In this document: positions 10,625 to 21,500 of the stretch, piece after piece
Layout: each line of letters begins with the position of its first letter
Position numbering within the stretch: the stretch's first letter is position 1
IMG/VR virus record: IMGVR_UViG_3300013368_000005
Span: 1-64,000 of that record
DNA: 64,000 nucleotides
Strand: one strand, 5' to 3'
DNA from: a virus
Lineage: Duplodnaviria > Caudoviricetes
The notes under the pieces: generated by a model
Databases searched by the model: none
What the model saw: the letters and a program-made list of their open reading frames with translations, nothing else
What the model was told of the DNA's origin: nothing
Position numbers and translations under genes: made by a program

Positions 10625-10810
10625 TTAGAATAAAAATTCTACCATACGTTTTTTAGGTTCGTTTTTAGAATTTTTCTGGTTTTCTGAATTTATATTTATA
10701 GTAATATTTAATGAAACATTATTATTTAAATCGGTATGTTCATATCTCCCCTCTAATGAAATTGGAAATAATGGACCTATACCTTTAAATAATGTATCTT
10801 TAATGAACAT
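10625..10810 (-). CDS. small early protein in a structured transcript
   Basis: SD AAGGGGG; early motif at 10915-10922. Confidence 0.55.
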   Translation of the reverse strand: MFIKDTLFKGIGPLFPISLEGRYEHTDLNNNVSLNITININSENQKNSKNEPKKRMVEFLF

Positions 10811-10986
10811 AATAAATTCCCCCTTAATTAAAATCTATTTTATCTAAAAACCCTCAAATGTGGAGGAAGGAATTTAAGCTTATTATTCATTATTACTATA
10901 AGTCTTTCATAGTAATAATATATAATTAAAATATTCTTTAGTTAGTTTCAACATATTTATAAGAGTGCAAGAAAGGAGAGATTAAT

Positions 10987-11958
10987 ATGTCAATATTATC
11001 TAATTCTAATGTAAAAATTACCGATGATTATGTTAAGCAACTAGTACAAGGTGCTACAATGTATAATAGGCATGAAATAGAATGGTATGATAAATTTAAT
11101 AGATTTGGATGTTTAGATCCATACAACTCGGTTAAAGGTTCTAGAGAATATATATTTATTACCAAACCAGATTTGCATATTTTTAAAAATGGAAATATAA
11201 ATGCATTAAATGATCAACTTGCGGCTATGCCCTTTTGGAGAGAAGCACATGAGAGATATTTTAATGTATTAAGACAGTTACAGATATCTCATATAAACAA
11301 TAATAGTCCATTTATAAACTTAATTAGTAACGCTGTAAAAAATACACTAGAATTACCAGGGGTAACTGCATCTGAAATGGATACTGCTGCTACAATTTAT
11401 GGAGATGCAGTTACGTATAGATGGAGTTCAGTTTCATCTGATACTAATCACGAATTTCAATTAGATTTTGAAGATACTAAATATCTTGAAGTATATATGC
11501 TATTTAAAATATACGATGAATATGAGAAATTAAAGTCTGAGGGAGGCATAACACCTCCTAATCCAAATTACAGATTAAATAAAGTTCTTCATGATCAAAG
11601 TTGTGCATATAAAATAATTGTAGGAGAAGATGGAGAAACTATATTATACTATGCTAAATTATGGGGAGTATATCCTAAGTCAGTACCTAGGGAGGCATTT
11701 TCTAGTTTAGATAAAGCAGGGGGTTTAGAATTTAATGTATCATTTCATTCTGAATTTGTTGATGATATGGACCCATTAATATTATCTGAATTTAATGATT
11801 TAACTTCAAGATATATGGCTGGAAAAACACATTCTCCTATATATAATACAAGAACTAAATCTATTAATGGAATATGGGTAGGAATGCCTTATGTTACTTA
11901 TGAAAGAAAACCAATGTTTGATCCACTACCACAATATAAACTGAAATGGAGGAGTTAA
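10987..11958 (+). CDS. tail tube-like (T4 gp19/gp54 fold) baseplate protein
   Basis: YIFITKPD...LWGVYPKSVP...LEFNVSF pattern; late promoter AACA-TATTTA-TA near 10950. Confidence 0.5.
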   Translation: MSILSNSNVKITDDYVKQLVQGATMYNRHEIEWYDKFNRFGCLDPYNSVKGSREYIFITKPDLHIFKNGNINALNDQLAAMPFWREAHERYFNVLRQLQISHINNNSPFINLISNAVKNTLELPGVTASEMDTAATIYGDAVTYRWSSVSSDTNHEFQLDFEDTKYLEVYMLFKIYDEYEKLKSEGGITPPNPNYRLNKVLHDQSCAYKIIVGEDGETILYYAKLWGVYPKSVPREAFSSLDKAGGLEFNVSFHSEFVDDMDPLILSEFNDLTSRYMAGKTHSPIYNTRTKSINGIWVGMPYVTYERKPMFDPLPQYKLKWRS

Positions 11959-11959
11959 T

Positions 11960-14557
11960 ATGGATACTAATAATACCACATTTTTACCAGACATTTACGA
12001 TATTACAGATGTAGTAAATAATTTACAAAAGAAATATAATGAAGACTTATCTGATGAAACTCTTAGTATGAGTATGTACGGATGGAATACAGAATTATTT
12101 GCTAATAGTCTTCAGAATAGTATTGTTATGGCAGCGGAATGGGGTAATGAAGCGTTCCCTATAAGATCTAAATTTGAAAAAAATATATTAACAAATGCAG
12201 TTACCTATAATGTAGACGATATAAATGCTATACCAGCTCAAATGGATGTAATGATCGGATTTGTTGAAAAAGAATTGGAAGCTCAATTAGTTAACGATAA
12301 ATTTACATTATATAGCGATTGTAAATTTAATATAGGAGGGTTTGAATTCCATTTAGATTACGATATAATTATAACAAAAGCTTTATCTCCACAAAATGAG
12401 TATGTATATGCAGCTAGATATGATATTGGAAGATTAAATGCTTTATCTGATATAAAAAATCCTTATTTACAACCTCCTATCAAATTGACGATGCATAATA
12501 GTAAATGGATATTTATTACTTGTACAATAAGACAAGTACAATATGAGCAACGATATAGTAAAATCATAACAAATAATATTTTAGATCATAAAACTTTTGA
12601 TTTTGAGTTTGAAGATCAATTAGCAGCTTTCGATGTTGTCGTTACAGAAGGGAATAAAACTACTTATTTAACTCCTATATTTGAAGGTATGCCTTTAGAA
12701 GGGGAACAATTATACTGCTTCTATACATTTTTAAATGCCAATACTATACGGATAAAATTTGATAGAAATTCTTATGAACCTAAATTAAACTGTAACATGA
12801 CTATAGATCTCAAAACTACTAAAGGTTCTGGAGGTAACTTTAATTATAATCTTAAAAGAGAGATAATCAATTCATTGGAATCTGAAAAAACTAACTATAG
12901 AAATCTATCAGTATTGATACAACCTATAACGGTTTCTAGATATGGCATAGATAGAAAATCTATAGAGGATTTAAAACAAATTATTCCTAAAGAAATATTA
13001 TCTAGAGGAAATATTACGAATAATAAAGATTTAGAAAATTTCTTTAATACATTAGATGGGAATAGATTAATGTTTTATAGAAGACGTGATAATCAAAGGG
13101 AGAGATTATTCTATGCATATTTATTAGTAAAAGATATGTATGATAATATAATTCCTACAAATACTTTAAATATGGTAATTAAAGAAACTGAATTTAATGA
13201 AAATAAAAATCAAAGATATATAATTAATCCAGGAAATAAGATTAAATTAATTGATAAAAATACTGCTATCATAGATAACACTATTCCTACAGAAAATATT
13301 TATAATGAAGAACAAAAGGGGTTTATATATAGTACACCATTTATATGCGTAGTAAATAAACATCCTTTATCTGTATCGTATTATATGAATAATATAAATA
13401 AAGATTTTTATTTTAAGTTTGGTTTTATAAATACAAATTCTAGTTTACAGTTTATATCTACATCATTAAATTGTAGTAGAAACTATATAGATACAAACAA
13501 TTATAAGATATCTTTAAAGGCAACTCAAAACATGAACTTAGATAGAGATATAGTTCAGTTGGATCAATTTGGGAATATAATATCTTGTAATATAAAACCA
13601 GTATTAGTAATAAGGACTGAAAAATATAATTATTATGTATACGGTAAAGTAGTTTCTGTTGATCAAGATTTATATCAATATAATATTGAATTTGAATTAG
13701 AAACAGATAATATTATAAATCAGGATAATCAAATAAAAATAAATAATGTATATATAGGAGGTTCATCTTCTATAGAAAAGGAATATATTTATTTGAATGA
13801 TTCTGTAGACATTTCTGTATACATGACTGTAAAATTCCCAGATGGTGTATATGGTCGAGATGATTTAGATTCTATAATTCCTACAGGAATGGAAGAATAT
13901 ACAGTATGTAACAGATATGATACTATAGGGAAAATGGATCTATTTTATAACTATTCTCATATAATGAAATCTACTGTAAAAGTTATCGGTAGGACTGAAG
14001 AAGAAAAAGAATATATATTCCAAATAAAAGGCGTACCGATGGTTAGATACTCTTATTTAAGTGATGTAGAAAGATGTATGTCTATTATAGATTACTTGCA
14101 ATATAGAAAAGTATATATTGATAGTGCTTTAGAAGTATTAGAAGATTCATTTACTGTAGACCTTAAATTCTTTAATACGTATGGTCCATCCAAGATGTTT
14201 GAGATAGGTCATAATGATGATATACTAGATAAAGTGAATTTATCATTAACGTTTAAAACAAAATTAAAAGTTGGTGCTGATAAAAAAACAGTAGATAAAT
14301 TAACAGCATCTATAAAAGAATATGTGGAAAATATTAATGATATAAGAAGCATACACATTTCTAACCTTATAACGGAATTGACCAATACTTATAAGGCAGA
14401 TATAGAATTTATTGAATTCTTGGGGGCAAATAACTATAATGCATTATATCAATATATTAAAAAAGTAGAGACAGAAATATTAGATGATGTTCCAGAGTTT
14501 GTAAATATAAACTTAAAGGAAGATTTAAAACCAGACATCAATATTATTTTAGCTTAA
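11960..14557 (+). CDS. baseplate wedge protein (T4 gp6-like)
   Basis: IRIKFD...TTKGSGGN...DRKSIEDLK...ITNNKDLE resembles the gp6/baseplate-J core. Confidence 0.6.
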   Translation: MDTNNTTFLPDIYDITDVVNNLQKKYNEDLSDETLSMSMYGWNTELFANSLQNSIVMAAEWGNEAFPIRSKFEKNILTNAVTYNVDDINAIPAQMDVMIGFVEKELEAQLVNDKFTLYSDCKFNIGGFEFHLDYDIIITKALSPQNEYVYAARYDIGRLNALSDIKNPYLQPPIKLTMHNSKWIFITCTIRQVQYEQRYSKIITNNILDHKTFDFEFEDQLAAFDVVVTEGNKTTYLTPIFEGMPLEGEQLYCFYTFLNANTIRIKFDRNSYEPKLNCNMTIDLKTTKGSGGNFNYNLKREIINSLESEKTNYRNLSVLIQPITVSRYGIDRKSIEDLKQIIPKEILSRGNITNNKDLENFFNTLDGNRLMFYRRRDNQRERLFYAYLLVKDMYDNIIPTNTLNMVIKETEFNENKNQRYIINPGNKIKLIDKNTAIIDNTIPTENIYNEEQKGFIYSTPFICVVNKHPLSVSYYMNNINKDFYFKFGFINTNSSLQFISTSLNCSRNYIDTNNYKISLKATQNMNLDRDIVQLDQFGNIISCNIKPVLVIRTEKYNYYVYGKVVSVDQDLYQYNIEFELETDNIINQDNQIKINNVYIGGSSSIEKEYIYLNDSVDISVYMTVKFPDGVYGRDDLDSIIPTGMEEYTVCNRYDTIGKMDLFYNYSHIMKSTVKVIGRTEEEKEYIFQIKGVPMVRYSYLSDVERCMSIIDYLQYRKVYIDSALEVLEDSFTVDLKFFNTYGPSKMFEIGHNDDILDKVNLSLTFKTKLKVGADKKTVDKLTASIKEYVENINDIRSIHISNLITELTNTYKADIEFIEFLGANNYNALYQYIKKVETEILDDVPEFVNINLKEDLKPDINIILA

Positions 14558-14593
14558 CATCAAAGTAATTAAATTAAAGGAGGAATAGGTAAT

Positions 14594-15520
14594 ATGGCAT
14601 ATTGCAGTGGAAAAAAATATGTAGAACTTCTTATCAAAGATAAAGAAGCATCTATGAATAGAGTAAATGCTAAAAAATCTGGAATTATGGAGCAACAAGA
14701 CAATTTGAATTCAGTTGCTAATAATATCAAAACTTTAAAAGAAAATAGAATATCATTGGAAGGCAAATATAGGAAATTTACAAAAGAATTAAAGGAAAGT
14801 TTAATATCCGAATGTATTATGAGCCTATATAATAAATCTTTAGGTGTTCAATTAGAGAACGCTCATCAAGATGCTATCAAAAGAAATTTAGTAAATCAGT
14901 TTGTAGAGGAAAATGGTGCTGATAATCTTCTACGTTCATTTAAGAAAAATTCATTTTTGTTAGCAGAATATGCTAGAATATCTGAAAAATATTATAATAT
15001 AGTAATCGAAGGCTGTGATAAAAAAAATGAAAATACATTTATTATGGATCCTGCAGACAAAGATGATTTCTATGCAGATCTTGAAATACCTGAAAGTGAT
15101 GAAGTTGCCAGTGTTATAAAATTAAGGGTTTCATCAGCTATAAATCATTTTAACGATGCTTATCAAACAGATAGAGCGGAGATTAAAAATATTCTACAAG
15201 ATTCTCAAGAGAAGATACAATCTGCAGATAGTGAATCTATGAAAGAATCATATGAATTAGCTGCTAAAAGAAAAATAAATAGTGTACGAAATAAAAGAGT
15301 ACAAAATGTATTTGAAAATATGGTAATAAAAACTGCTAAAGCTGCTATGGATAATGATAATGCAAAAAATGTCTATCTAAATGAATCTGGTAAATTAGAT
15401 ATGGATACTATTGTAGATAACTGTTCTATTATGTATACATTCTTAGAGGTTTTAAATACTGCTAAGATTCAAAAAATAGATGAGTCTTATATAACAAATT
15501 TATTGGATAATTTTTCATAA
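14594..15520 (+). CDS. late hypothetical (virion) protein
   Basis: late promoter AACA-TCAAAG-TA near 14556; SD AAGGAGG. Confidence 0.65.
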   Translation: MAYCSGKKYVELLIKDKEASMNRVNAKKSGIMEQQDNLNSVANNIKTLKENRISLEGKYRKFTKELKESLISECIMSLYNKSLGVQLENAHQDAIKRNLVNQFVEENGADNLLRSFKKNSFLLAEYARISEKYYNIVIEGCDKKNENTFIMDPADKDDFYADLEIPESDEVASVIKLRVSSAINHFNDAYQTDRAEIKNILQDSQEKIQSADSESMKESYELAAKRKINSVRNKRVQNVFENMVIKTAKAAMDNDNAKNVYLNESGKLDMDTIVDNCSIMYTFLEVLNTAKIQKIDESYITNLLDNFS

Positions 15521-15525
15521 AAAAT

Positions 15526-15553
15526 ACCCCTATAGGAGAAATCCTATAGGGGT
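15526..15553. terminator. bidirectional terminator
   Basis: ACCCCTATAGGA-gaaa-TCCTATAGGGGT between convergent genes. Confidence 0.8.
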
Positions 15554-15578
15554 TTATAATTTATAAAAATATTCTTTT

Positions 15579-16013
15579 CTATAAATATATAACAACTATA
15601 TTGTCTGATAATGTTGTTATATTATAAATCATAGATATGCAATTATAGTTATATAAATATTTTGTATTTATATTTAAATTAGCACATCTATTCAATGTAC
15701 TCTCAATAAACATTTTGTTCTGACTAAATACATTACATAATATATTATTAATTATTTGATAGTAAAAACTAGAATTATGTTCAAATGATTGAGTTTTTTT
15801 CATATCTGTTTTTTTTATTTTCATTGTTATATTTTTTTGTTCATTTGAATAATCTAGGGTAAATAAGTTGAAATTATCGCTTATTTCTTTAAGTATTTGT
15901 TGAAGAATGAACCCACAGTTAGCATCATATATATGCTCATGTAAGAATATTTTTAAGTTTTTTGCTTCCTCTAGTTCCGTTGTAGATATTTGTTGTGTTG
16001 GTTGTGTTAGCAT
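15579..16013 (-). CDS. hypothetical protein
   Basis: 144 aa; SD AAGGGGG within the end of rusA. Confidence 0.65.
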   Translation of the reverse strand: MLTQPTQQISTTELEEAKNLKIFLHEHIYDANCGFILQQILKEISDNFNLFTLDYSNEQKNITMKIKKTDMKKTQSFEHNSSFYYQIINNILCNVFSQNKMFIESTLNRCANLNINTKYLYNYNCISMIYNITTLSDNIVVIYL

Positions 16014-16016
16014 AAT

Positions 16017-16724
16017 TTATTCCCCCTTGAAATATTGTATTTCCTGATCTTCAATTTTTTTAACCATAGAATTATATTGATATTTGTTGTATAAACAATT
16101 TAAATATCTTAGCTTTATCTCTACTCTGGGTAATATGGAATAGAACCTGTTTACAGTTCCTGATATTACTAGAGTATCGTCTAACCATATGTTGTGATTA
16201 AACATATCCGAATACTTTTTCCCTAGGTTGTCCCAATCTGGTTTTGATATAGGTCTTATTAAACCTATTTCAGATAGGAATACATCGGTTGTGTTAAATG
16301 CTGATGGCGTTTTCATATATGCATTAAATTCGACTACGCATGGTGTATAAATCATACTTTGTAATTGAACCAATTCCTGATCTACCATTCTCCTCATAAA
16401 CACATTATCTTCTTTTGCATTTAGACTATATACATGAACAAAACTTCCATTATTTATAGCTTCATTCATGAAATTACTCCTATTAATTAACCTAAACCTC
16501 GGTCTTGGAGTACCTTCTGGTTCTTCAAATAAGATTATATTTAAGTCATTATAATATAAACTATTTTGCATCTCAAATTTCTTTGTAGCTATCTCCATTG
16601 CTTTCTTATCTGTTATATTATATTTATCATACATCCAATTTAATCTCTCATAATAATCTACTGGTATTTCACCATATTTATTTTGATATTCTTCTTGTTT
16701 TTGTTTTCTATTTTTTCTTGTCAT
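16017..16724 (-). CDS. rusA: RusA-family Holliday junction resolvase
   Basis: PRPR...KPDWDNLGKKYSD...WLDDTLV matches the RusA DxDNxxK..D..DD motif. Confidence 0.8.
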   Translation of the reverse strand: MTRKNRKQKQEEYQNKYGEIPVDYYERLNWMYDKYNITDKKAMEIATKKFEMQNSLYYNDLNIILFEEPEGTPRPRFRLINRSNFMNEAINNGSFVHVYSLNAKEDNVFMRRMVDQELVQLQSMIYTPCVVEFNAYMKTPSAFNTTDVFLSEIGLIRPISKPDWDNLGKKYSDMFNHNIWLDDTLVISGTVNRFYSILPRVEIKLRYLNCLYNKYQYNSMVKKIEDQEIQYFKGE

Positions 16725-16746
16725 ATTATCATCACCTTAAAAATAT

Positions 16747-16780
16747 AATTAAGATACGTACGATATTACGTATCTTAATT
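16747..16780 (-). terminator. hairpin/terminator overlapping the rusA late promoter
   Basis: AATTAAGATACGTA-cgatat-TACGTATCTTAATT; AACA-CTAAAT-TA overlaps it. Confidence 0.6.
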
Positions 16781-16797
16781 TAGTGTTATAGTGTTTG

Positions 16798-18441
16798 TTA
16801 TTTTTTATATAATGAGCTGGCTAAATTTGACACCCATTGTCTTACACCTAAAAAACTGTCAAACGTCACAGCATCTATTGCCTTATTAGTAAATTGAGTA
16901 TAATAGATATCAATTGTTCTTAATATATCGGGTTTATTGATATTTATACCACACAGATTCGCTGGTTAGTCTAATAATATAGTATTTGCCAATAAGTCTA
17001 TTTTACTTTTATCACTAGTAATAGTCATTATTTGGTATAAATCTTTCATATCTATAGATACATCTACTTCTGTAGGTAGTCCTTTTAATGTCCACTTACC
17101 TTTATCACCTTTTGAAATATTCATACTAGTTATTATTCCCATATCACAATTGAAAAAACCTTTATAATATCCTCTTACTAAAAATGGAGAATTAAATCCA
17201 TTTGGTCCCATTTGTTGTGGTGCAACTAATGCTATTAAATGTAATAAAGGTACTGCTATATTCATATACCAACTAAAATCATCAGCATCTGGGCTTCTTA
17301 ACTTAATATTTATATTATATGAACGAGAAAACTGGGAATCATTGTATATTTCAGGAAATATCATTTTACCTCCAGTTGCTACTGTCATAAATCCTTGAGT
17401 AAGATTTTTCATTAATTTATCTGGTAAAAACGAGGTATATTTAGATGTGAATTTATCAAATTCTGCTAAAGACGCTTCATAATTTTCTTTTTTCAATTTA
17501 TCAAATTCTATACCAGCCGCTCCTCCTAATAAAAATTGCATCTCTCTACCCATATCTGATATAGAGTTTACACTACTGGATAACATACTTTCTCCAGTAC
17601 TATTAGAAAATGATTCAGATATTTGAGTCTCAGAATCTATATAAAAGGCTACAGATTCGGCACTAGATATAAATCCTTTCATTTCACTATTAGTGAAATT
17701 TTCCCATTGGAATCTATCCAATTTTTTTCCATCAATCATCTCATTTTGTATTCCTAAAAATCTAGCAACACTTTGACACATAGGATTTACATACGAATAA
17801 TATCTTTGATAGTCAAATTTAAATGAATAAAATTTTCCTTCATCCTTGTTTAATAGTTGTTGCAATAGTGTCTGTTCCGTATTTTTATTTAATGCATATT
17901 TTATAATGTCTTTTTTTTCTGCAGCTGAATATCCATTCATAAATTTAGGAGTTCCTGGAGTTAATAGTAACATCGGCATTTTAGTTATTATTTTTTCAGC
18001 ATATTTCCTTCCAAATGTACTTCCAGGAAGTCTTGTATCTGCAGATGGCATGTATTGGTATGGCATACCATGAATACCTCTAACATTTTTTAAAAATAGT
18101 TCTGATGCCTTAGATGCATTGAATTTTGCATCTGAATTATTTAAATATGGTGTATAATCTGTAGGTATTGGTTTTTGGGCACTTGCTGGAGCTGACGGTT
18201 TCTTACTAGTAGTAACTGTAGTGTCTGGTTTAAAGTCTATTATCTTTGTTCCATCAGCTTCTAATGTAGAACTCCATCCTCCTTTATTATGTCTAATCCA
18301 CCATTTACTTTGTTCATAAACTTCTAATACTTCTCCTCTTTGTACAGTTCTCACTTTACGTCCTGAAGAGATTGTTGGTCCTGTCCATACCCAAACAGCC
18401 CCTGCAGTAACTGTAGCTTTACCTATTATTTTCTCAGCCAT
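16798..18441 (-). CDS. SH3b-domain baseplate tail-tube-cap-like protein with an in-frame TAA at 16966-16968
   Basis: N-terminal SH3b-like segment (VRTVQRGEVLEVYEQSKWWIRHNKGGW); C-terminal gp48/54-like segment; frame continues 55 codons past the TAA to a stop just before the hairpin. Confidence 0.6.
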
Positions 18442-18467
18442 ATTATCACCTCTCCTTTACAATAATG

Positions 18468-18497
18468 TTCAGATAGGTACAAGAGTACCTATCTGAA
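18468..18497 (-). terminator. hairpin/terminator after the tape-measure gene, overlapping the next late promoter
   Basis: TTCAGATAGGTAC-aaga-GTACCTATCTGAA; AACA-TTATTG-TA. Confidence 0.65.
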
Positions 18498-18505
18498 ACT
18501 ATTTA

Positions 18506-21500
18506 TTATTCTATTGCTAATTTGTTTAATATACTTAACAAAGAGCTATCATCTAATGTACCACCATTTGCTTTAGTGCTTTCATTAATTATATTTATCA
18601 TAGAACGAGCATTTTTAGCATTTTTAGTAACTTTATCGGTTTGTTGTGAAACATCGACTCCTAATTTGCCACTCAATATACTAACAATTTGAGCCATACT
18701 TGCCGTATCACTAGTACTATTGTCAACAAGTTTACTTAATAACTGAATAATACTCATAAGTAAATTGTTATAACTAGAGGATTCCCCACCTTTATTATTT
18801 CTAATTCTTGCTTGGTCTTTCTCTCTAATTCTATTTGCACCTGCCTTTGTTTCTATTCTATGATATTCGTACTCTTCATCTCTTGGTAATAAATCTCTAG
18901 GAGGTTGTTTCATTCTGTTGTCTGCCCCATAATTGTCTACACCACTTGATGCTGAAGCATTTCTTCTCTGATTTATTTCATTCACAGAAGTTTGAACTGA
19001 AGAATTTTTATAAATCTTAGATAGATATTGGTTAGGTTCATACCTAGTAGACCAATCACCATTTTTCCTAATTTCATAGTGTAAGTGAGGTCCAGTAGAT
19101 CTACCTGTGCTACCAACTTTACCCACAGATTGTCCAACAGAAACTCTACTTCCTACTGATAATGGGCTTCTATTTTGCATATGTCCAAATATATGGTCTG
19201 CACCATTATTATCTGTAATAGCTACATAATTTCCAAATCCAGCACCTTCAAATGTATTTTGGAACACTTTACCTGCAATAGGAGATTTGATATCTTTTCC
19301 AAGTATTCCGCCAGCACTATAATCTATACCAGTGTGTTTAGCTTGTTGTCCTGTTATAGGATCTACTCTGTCTGCATATGGAGATGTAACAGTAGCTCCT
19401 AAAGTATCTAAATACCATTTATCGGAAATTTTAGCTGCTGATGTATCCAAAGAACCAGTGCCTCCATCAACACCTGCTACTGAAGCTGAAGATTCATCAG
19501 AATTTTCGAATCCAAATAATCTATTAAATGCGTTTGAGCCTGCACTTGCTAAATCACTAAAGAAATTCCAAATAGATGGTTTTTCTGCTTCTGCTGTTCC
19601 TGCTTCGCCTTCTTCCCCATTTGCTGAATAACTTCCCGATGCTGATAATTTACCAGAATTTCCATTACCAGCTCCTGGAGTGTCCATCATAATAGAACTT
19701 ATTCCACTTATCCAACTTTCACTAGGTTTACCGTTATTATCAACTGCATAAGTATGTCCAGGTTTTCCATATTGCATTAAATGTAAACTATCTTGACCTC
19801 CATCTACAAAGTTTTCTTTAATCCATTTAGCTCCAGCAATAATTCCATCTCTAGGCGTACTAAATGATTTAGCACTTGAATAAGGACTATCGTTAAATGC
19901 AGCTATACCAAAGAAGTTATTTTTATCACGAACTATTTGGGATGTTCCCCAACCAGATTCCCACGCTGCATGTGCAGCAATATATCTAGGATCTAATCCA
20001 GTAATTCTTCCAGCTTCGATAAATGCCGCTCCTTGTCCTCGCATTAATCCTTTATTTCCACTTGGTTTAGATGCTATCCAAGAGTTTAATTGATCAGCAG
20101 TAACACTAGAACCTAAAGAAGAAGTTACTTTATAGTTTCTTATATTAGATTTATTTATAGTTTGTGAAGCTCCACCGCTAGCACTGTTACCTGAAGAACT
20201 CATACCGTCTATAATCGAACTAGAGCCTCCCATACCTAATGACATAACTTTAGGTTTATAATTAGCTCCACTGTATATAGCAGTTTTTACATTACTATTT
20301 ATAGGTTCATATTGTCCTCCTCTAACGCCATGCTTTTGTCTTCTACTCTCAGCTGTATAATTTCTATTAGTCCATCTTGATGAATTAGAGTAAGAGGATG
20401 ATTTAACTGAACTATTATTATATCCACTACTTTTATTCTTACTGTTTGTAGTCGCACCAGATTTACTTGGTGTATTTCCTTTAAATACAGATTGAACTTT
20501 ATTAGAAACTTTCTTGAAGAAACCTACATCACCTTTAACTTCTGTATTATATTCTTTTACACTATAATCTGTACCATTCTTTTTATTATATTCGCTTACA
20601 GTTTTATCAGCTTCGTCCCTGAGTTTCTGTATATTACTATCTTCTTCTCCAAATATAGGTAATATAAAGTCAAAGAATAAATTAGCCCAAGTGCTTTCTG
20701 GAATAAATGATGTGACTATAAATAAACCACTTAGAGCCTTGAGTAATCCACAACATACCTTTTGTCCAAAAGTAGGTTCTTCTATTATACCTAATGTAGT
20801 CTTAGCATCATTAAATCCAGTTATAAAATCTGCAGCAGCAAATGCTATATTAAGTAATCCTCCTGTAGATACGAGTGCACCAACTTTAGCTGCTAATTTT
20901 CCACCAGCTTTAGCTAAACTTTCAGATGCTTCTTTTAATAATTTAGGTATGAAAGTTTCAATTATAGTATCTGCTTTTTTACCTATAATGCTCCTTACAG
21001 TTGCATTATTAAGAAGTTTTTCCATCGTACCTTGTAATGTATTTAATGCAGCTTTTATTAATTGATTATCAGATGTAATCGCATTCAATGCTTTACCAGC
21101 AATATTATCAGCATTTGAGGCAAGTTTTTTAGTTATTCCTCCAGATATATCAGAAATAGATCTTTTACCTATCTTTAAAACATCATCTATTTTATTATAC
21201 TGTTTTCCTATTCCCTCTGCAGTTTCTGTTATAGCAGTTCCTGCAGTCTTAGTAGTAGACCATATACTTTTACTAGTATATTTTAAAGATTTAAATGCTT
21301 TAGGTTTGAATGAACCATTTAATCCAGGTATCATTTGCCTTGCAGCTTTAAGACCATATTTTCCTGAATTTTTTGCACCTTGAAGTAATCCTACGCCACC
21401 CTTAAGTTTTGGTAGGAATTTAGCCGATGTTTTTCCTCCAGTAATTAAATGTCTAAATATTCCTTTACCAACTCTTCCAGCAATGTTTTCACTATTAATG

